A DNA stretch of 61,359 bases, counting the filler, from Asterionella formosa (lineage: Eukaryota), in assembly GCA_002256025.1 (NCBI GenBank). It is 6 parts of 6 records of this genome, joined end to end, with 100 filler letters (N's around TTAATTAATTAA, not from the genome) between each part and the next. Parts side by side here need not be neighbours in the genome. Positions count along the whole stretch, not along the records: positions 51,246 to 61,359 come from NKIB01009855.1; 5 more parts are not named here. One strand, written 5' to 3'. The notes under the pieces are model-generated. The model worked only from the letters and a program-made list of their open reading frames with translations. It was not told where the DNA came from and made no database searches. A program made the translations under genes and the position numbers. Shown here one piece after another: positions 61,201 to 61,359 of the stretch (the stretch's first letter is position 1; the number at the start of each line of letters is the position of its first letter).

Positions 61201-61327
61201 TTCCTCAACAGGAATTGATAACACTGCCATCAAATACATTCGCAGGGTTCGAGAAAGAAAGGGTCTTCTGGTTGACTCCCACAAAACAGTGATAGCCGCC
61301 GAGAAGCAACGAACAATGAAGAAATAG
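58208..61327 (+). CDS. EFL1: Elongation factor-like GTPase 1 (EFL1/Ria1), 60S maturation factor
   Basis: AQVDHGKTT, LRYLDSMEEEQRRGITM, LDSPGHTDF, LNKVDRL, GEIHLE, C-terminal EDPFWIPTS.EE.EDFG and AEKQRTM. Single-exon 1039 aa ORF. Confidence 0.93.
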   Translation: MASIFPPPAQTRLVTIIAQVDHGKTTMADSLIESNGIISERLAGTLRYLDSMEEEQRRGITMRTSAIGLSHTQKNAKGGENQKNMVIHLLDSPGHTDFAPEVSSALQSCDGALLVVDVVEGMCARTHQVLREAHRHQLVPILVLNKVDRLCLELRLTPTEAYLRLRGLLESVNAASAAILNSKKAQNGTTEEEELLWVFEPQKGNVVFGSALFGWGFTVPTLAKSLFRGKTLAIKPVMLKQFLFGDFKYNQEGKVLKWKGESDDLEPLFARFALQPIWNIYEGVANASMVAGLGSELFKDGRSTGTKKSDSVKLKASNLQQVLIELQTGGTGPRIPASIDELQQILGRTGASTEESILSSLLRRYRPLSDAVLDSVCEHCPAPDVASSQVRTRALALTEPEAPTEEFKAIRQGVKDGSPQGPVVAYICKFLSTDRSHVRDSDIDSNSETLILGLARVLSGTLKNDVPYFCMGHKHSYGVEARQRSIRLYLLMGSSFVPVKEVPAGHLCAVYGLEDLQLKTITLCDSPYGMPLQGFDRGVRPLVKVSIEAVSAEDTCALEEGLLKLSLADAAVEVTATAKGERILACLGEIHLEQSILELETTFCGKKDIQLRISAPIVEFAETTEWFPQEEDYYGFLASNLAPLRQTKIPPYSDEEGIYLAQQGRMRVVLSGRSAAIGVRVVPLSNLVYKSLKSNILLDGSDDELSFLGKALGLPVKNINDLFSLLINQLMSVDESGNALLEAKGLHDKSCIRGVVSSGVHVIAKETQAKPGEDGNGEQLLSVAEKEFHAVEAQLRNPETSKCSTADSAAFTIWTSQMRGSADAGFQLGVRSGPICEEAVHGVLVIVETVEIALQNDGTDSFTPAKPLSGGMVVAALRQGIRCGLLSRPSRLMEGHLKLTLHSSLTGLGPLYAVLSKRRGKTLVESMVDGTELIMIEASIPQAESFGLATELLQKTSGEVTLPEMTFLNWERLDEDPFWIPTSLEEREDFGEIGMSGDSSTGIDNTAIKYIRRVRERKGLLVDSHKTVIAAEKQRTMKK

Positions 61328-61359
61328 TTGTGCATGAAATCTTTTGACTTTTTCTAAAC

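Overview
Eukaryotic nuclear DNA, most likely a diatom. This is inferred from short GT-AG introns, bipartite signal+transit presequences and CoDi-type Copia elements. The window is not one locus. It is six scaffolds (10178, 10154, 10154, 10140, 10119 and 10114 bp, in non-increasing size order) joined by identical 100-bp N44-TTAATTAATTAA-N44 spacers, so adjacency across spacers has no biological meaning. There are about 13 host genes: GT25-like glycosyltransferase, KA1-like protein, DUF1415-like protein, possible DCAF15-like protein, NSUN6-like m5C methyltransferase, SQD2, myo-inositol transporter, a Nudix+methyltransferase fusion, a PDS/ZDS-like FAD oxidoreductase, a divergent mitochondrial-carrier-like protein, an N-extended ubiquitin-like protein, a Cof/HAD hydrolase and EFL1. 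Transposon content is heavy: a full-length degenerate Copia nested in a Plavaka-like transposase, two pieces of a second Copia family, and pogo and Harbinger remnants. The most interesting signals are four. (1) Intergenic TA-CC(W)GG-TA arrays on all six scaffolds fit a model of stacked Tc1/mariner/pogo excision footprints. (2) The Copia has TG..CG LTRs, a 4-bp TSD and a PBS resembling the 5' half of a tRNA-Ile. (3) A Nudix-methyltransferase-TM fusion. (4) An N-extended Ubl ending in LRLRGG. All family calls are motif recognition by eye; no searches were run.
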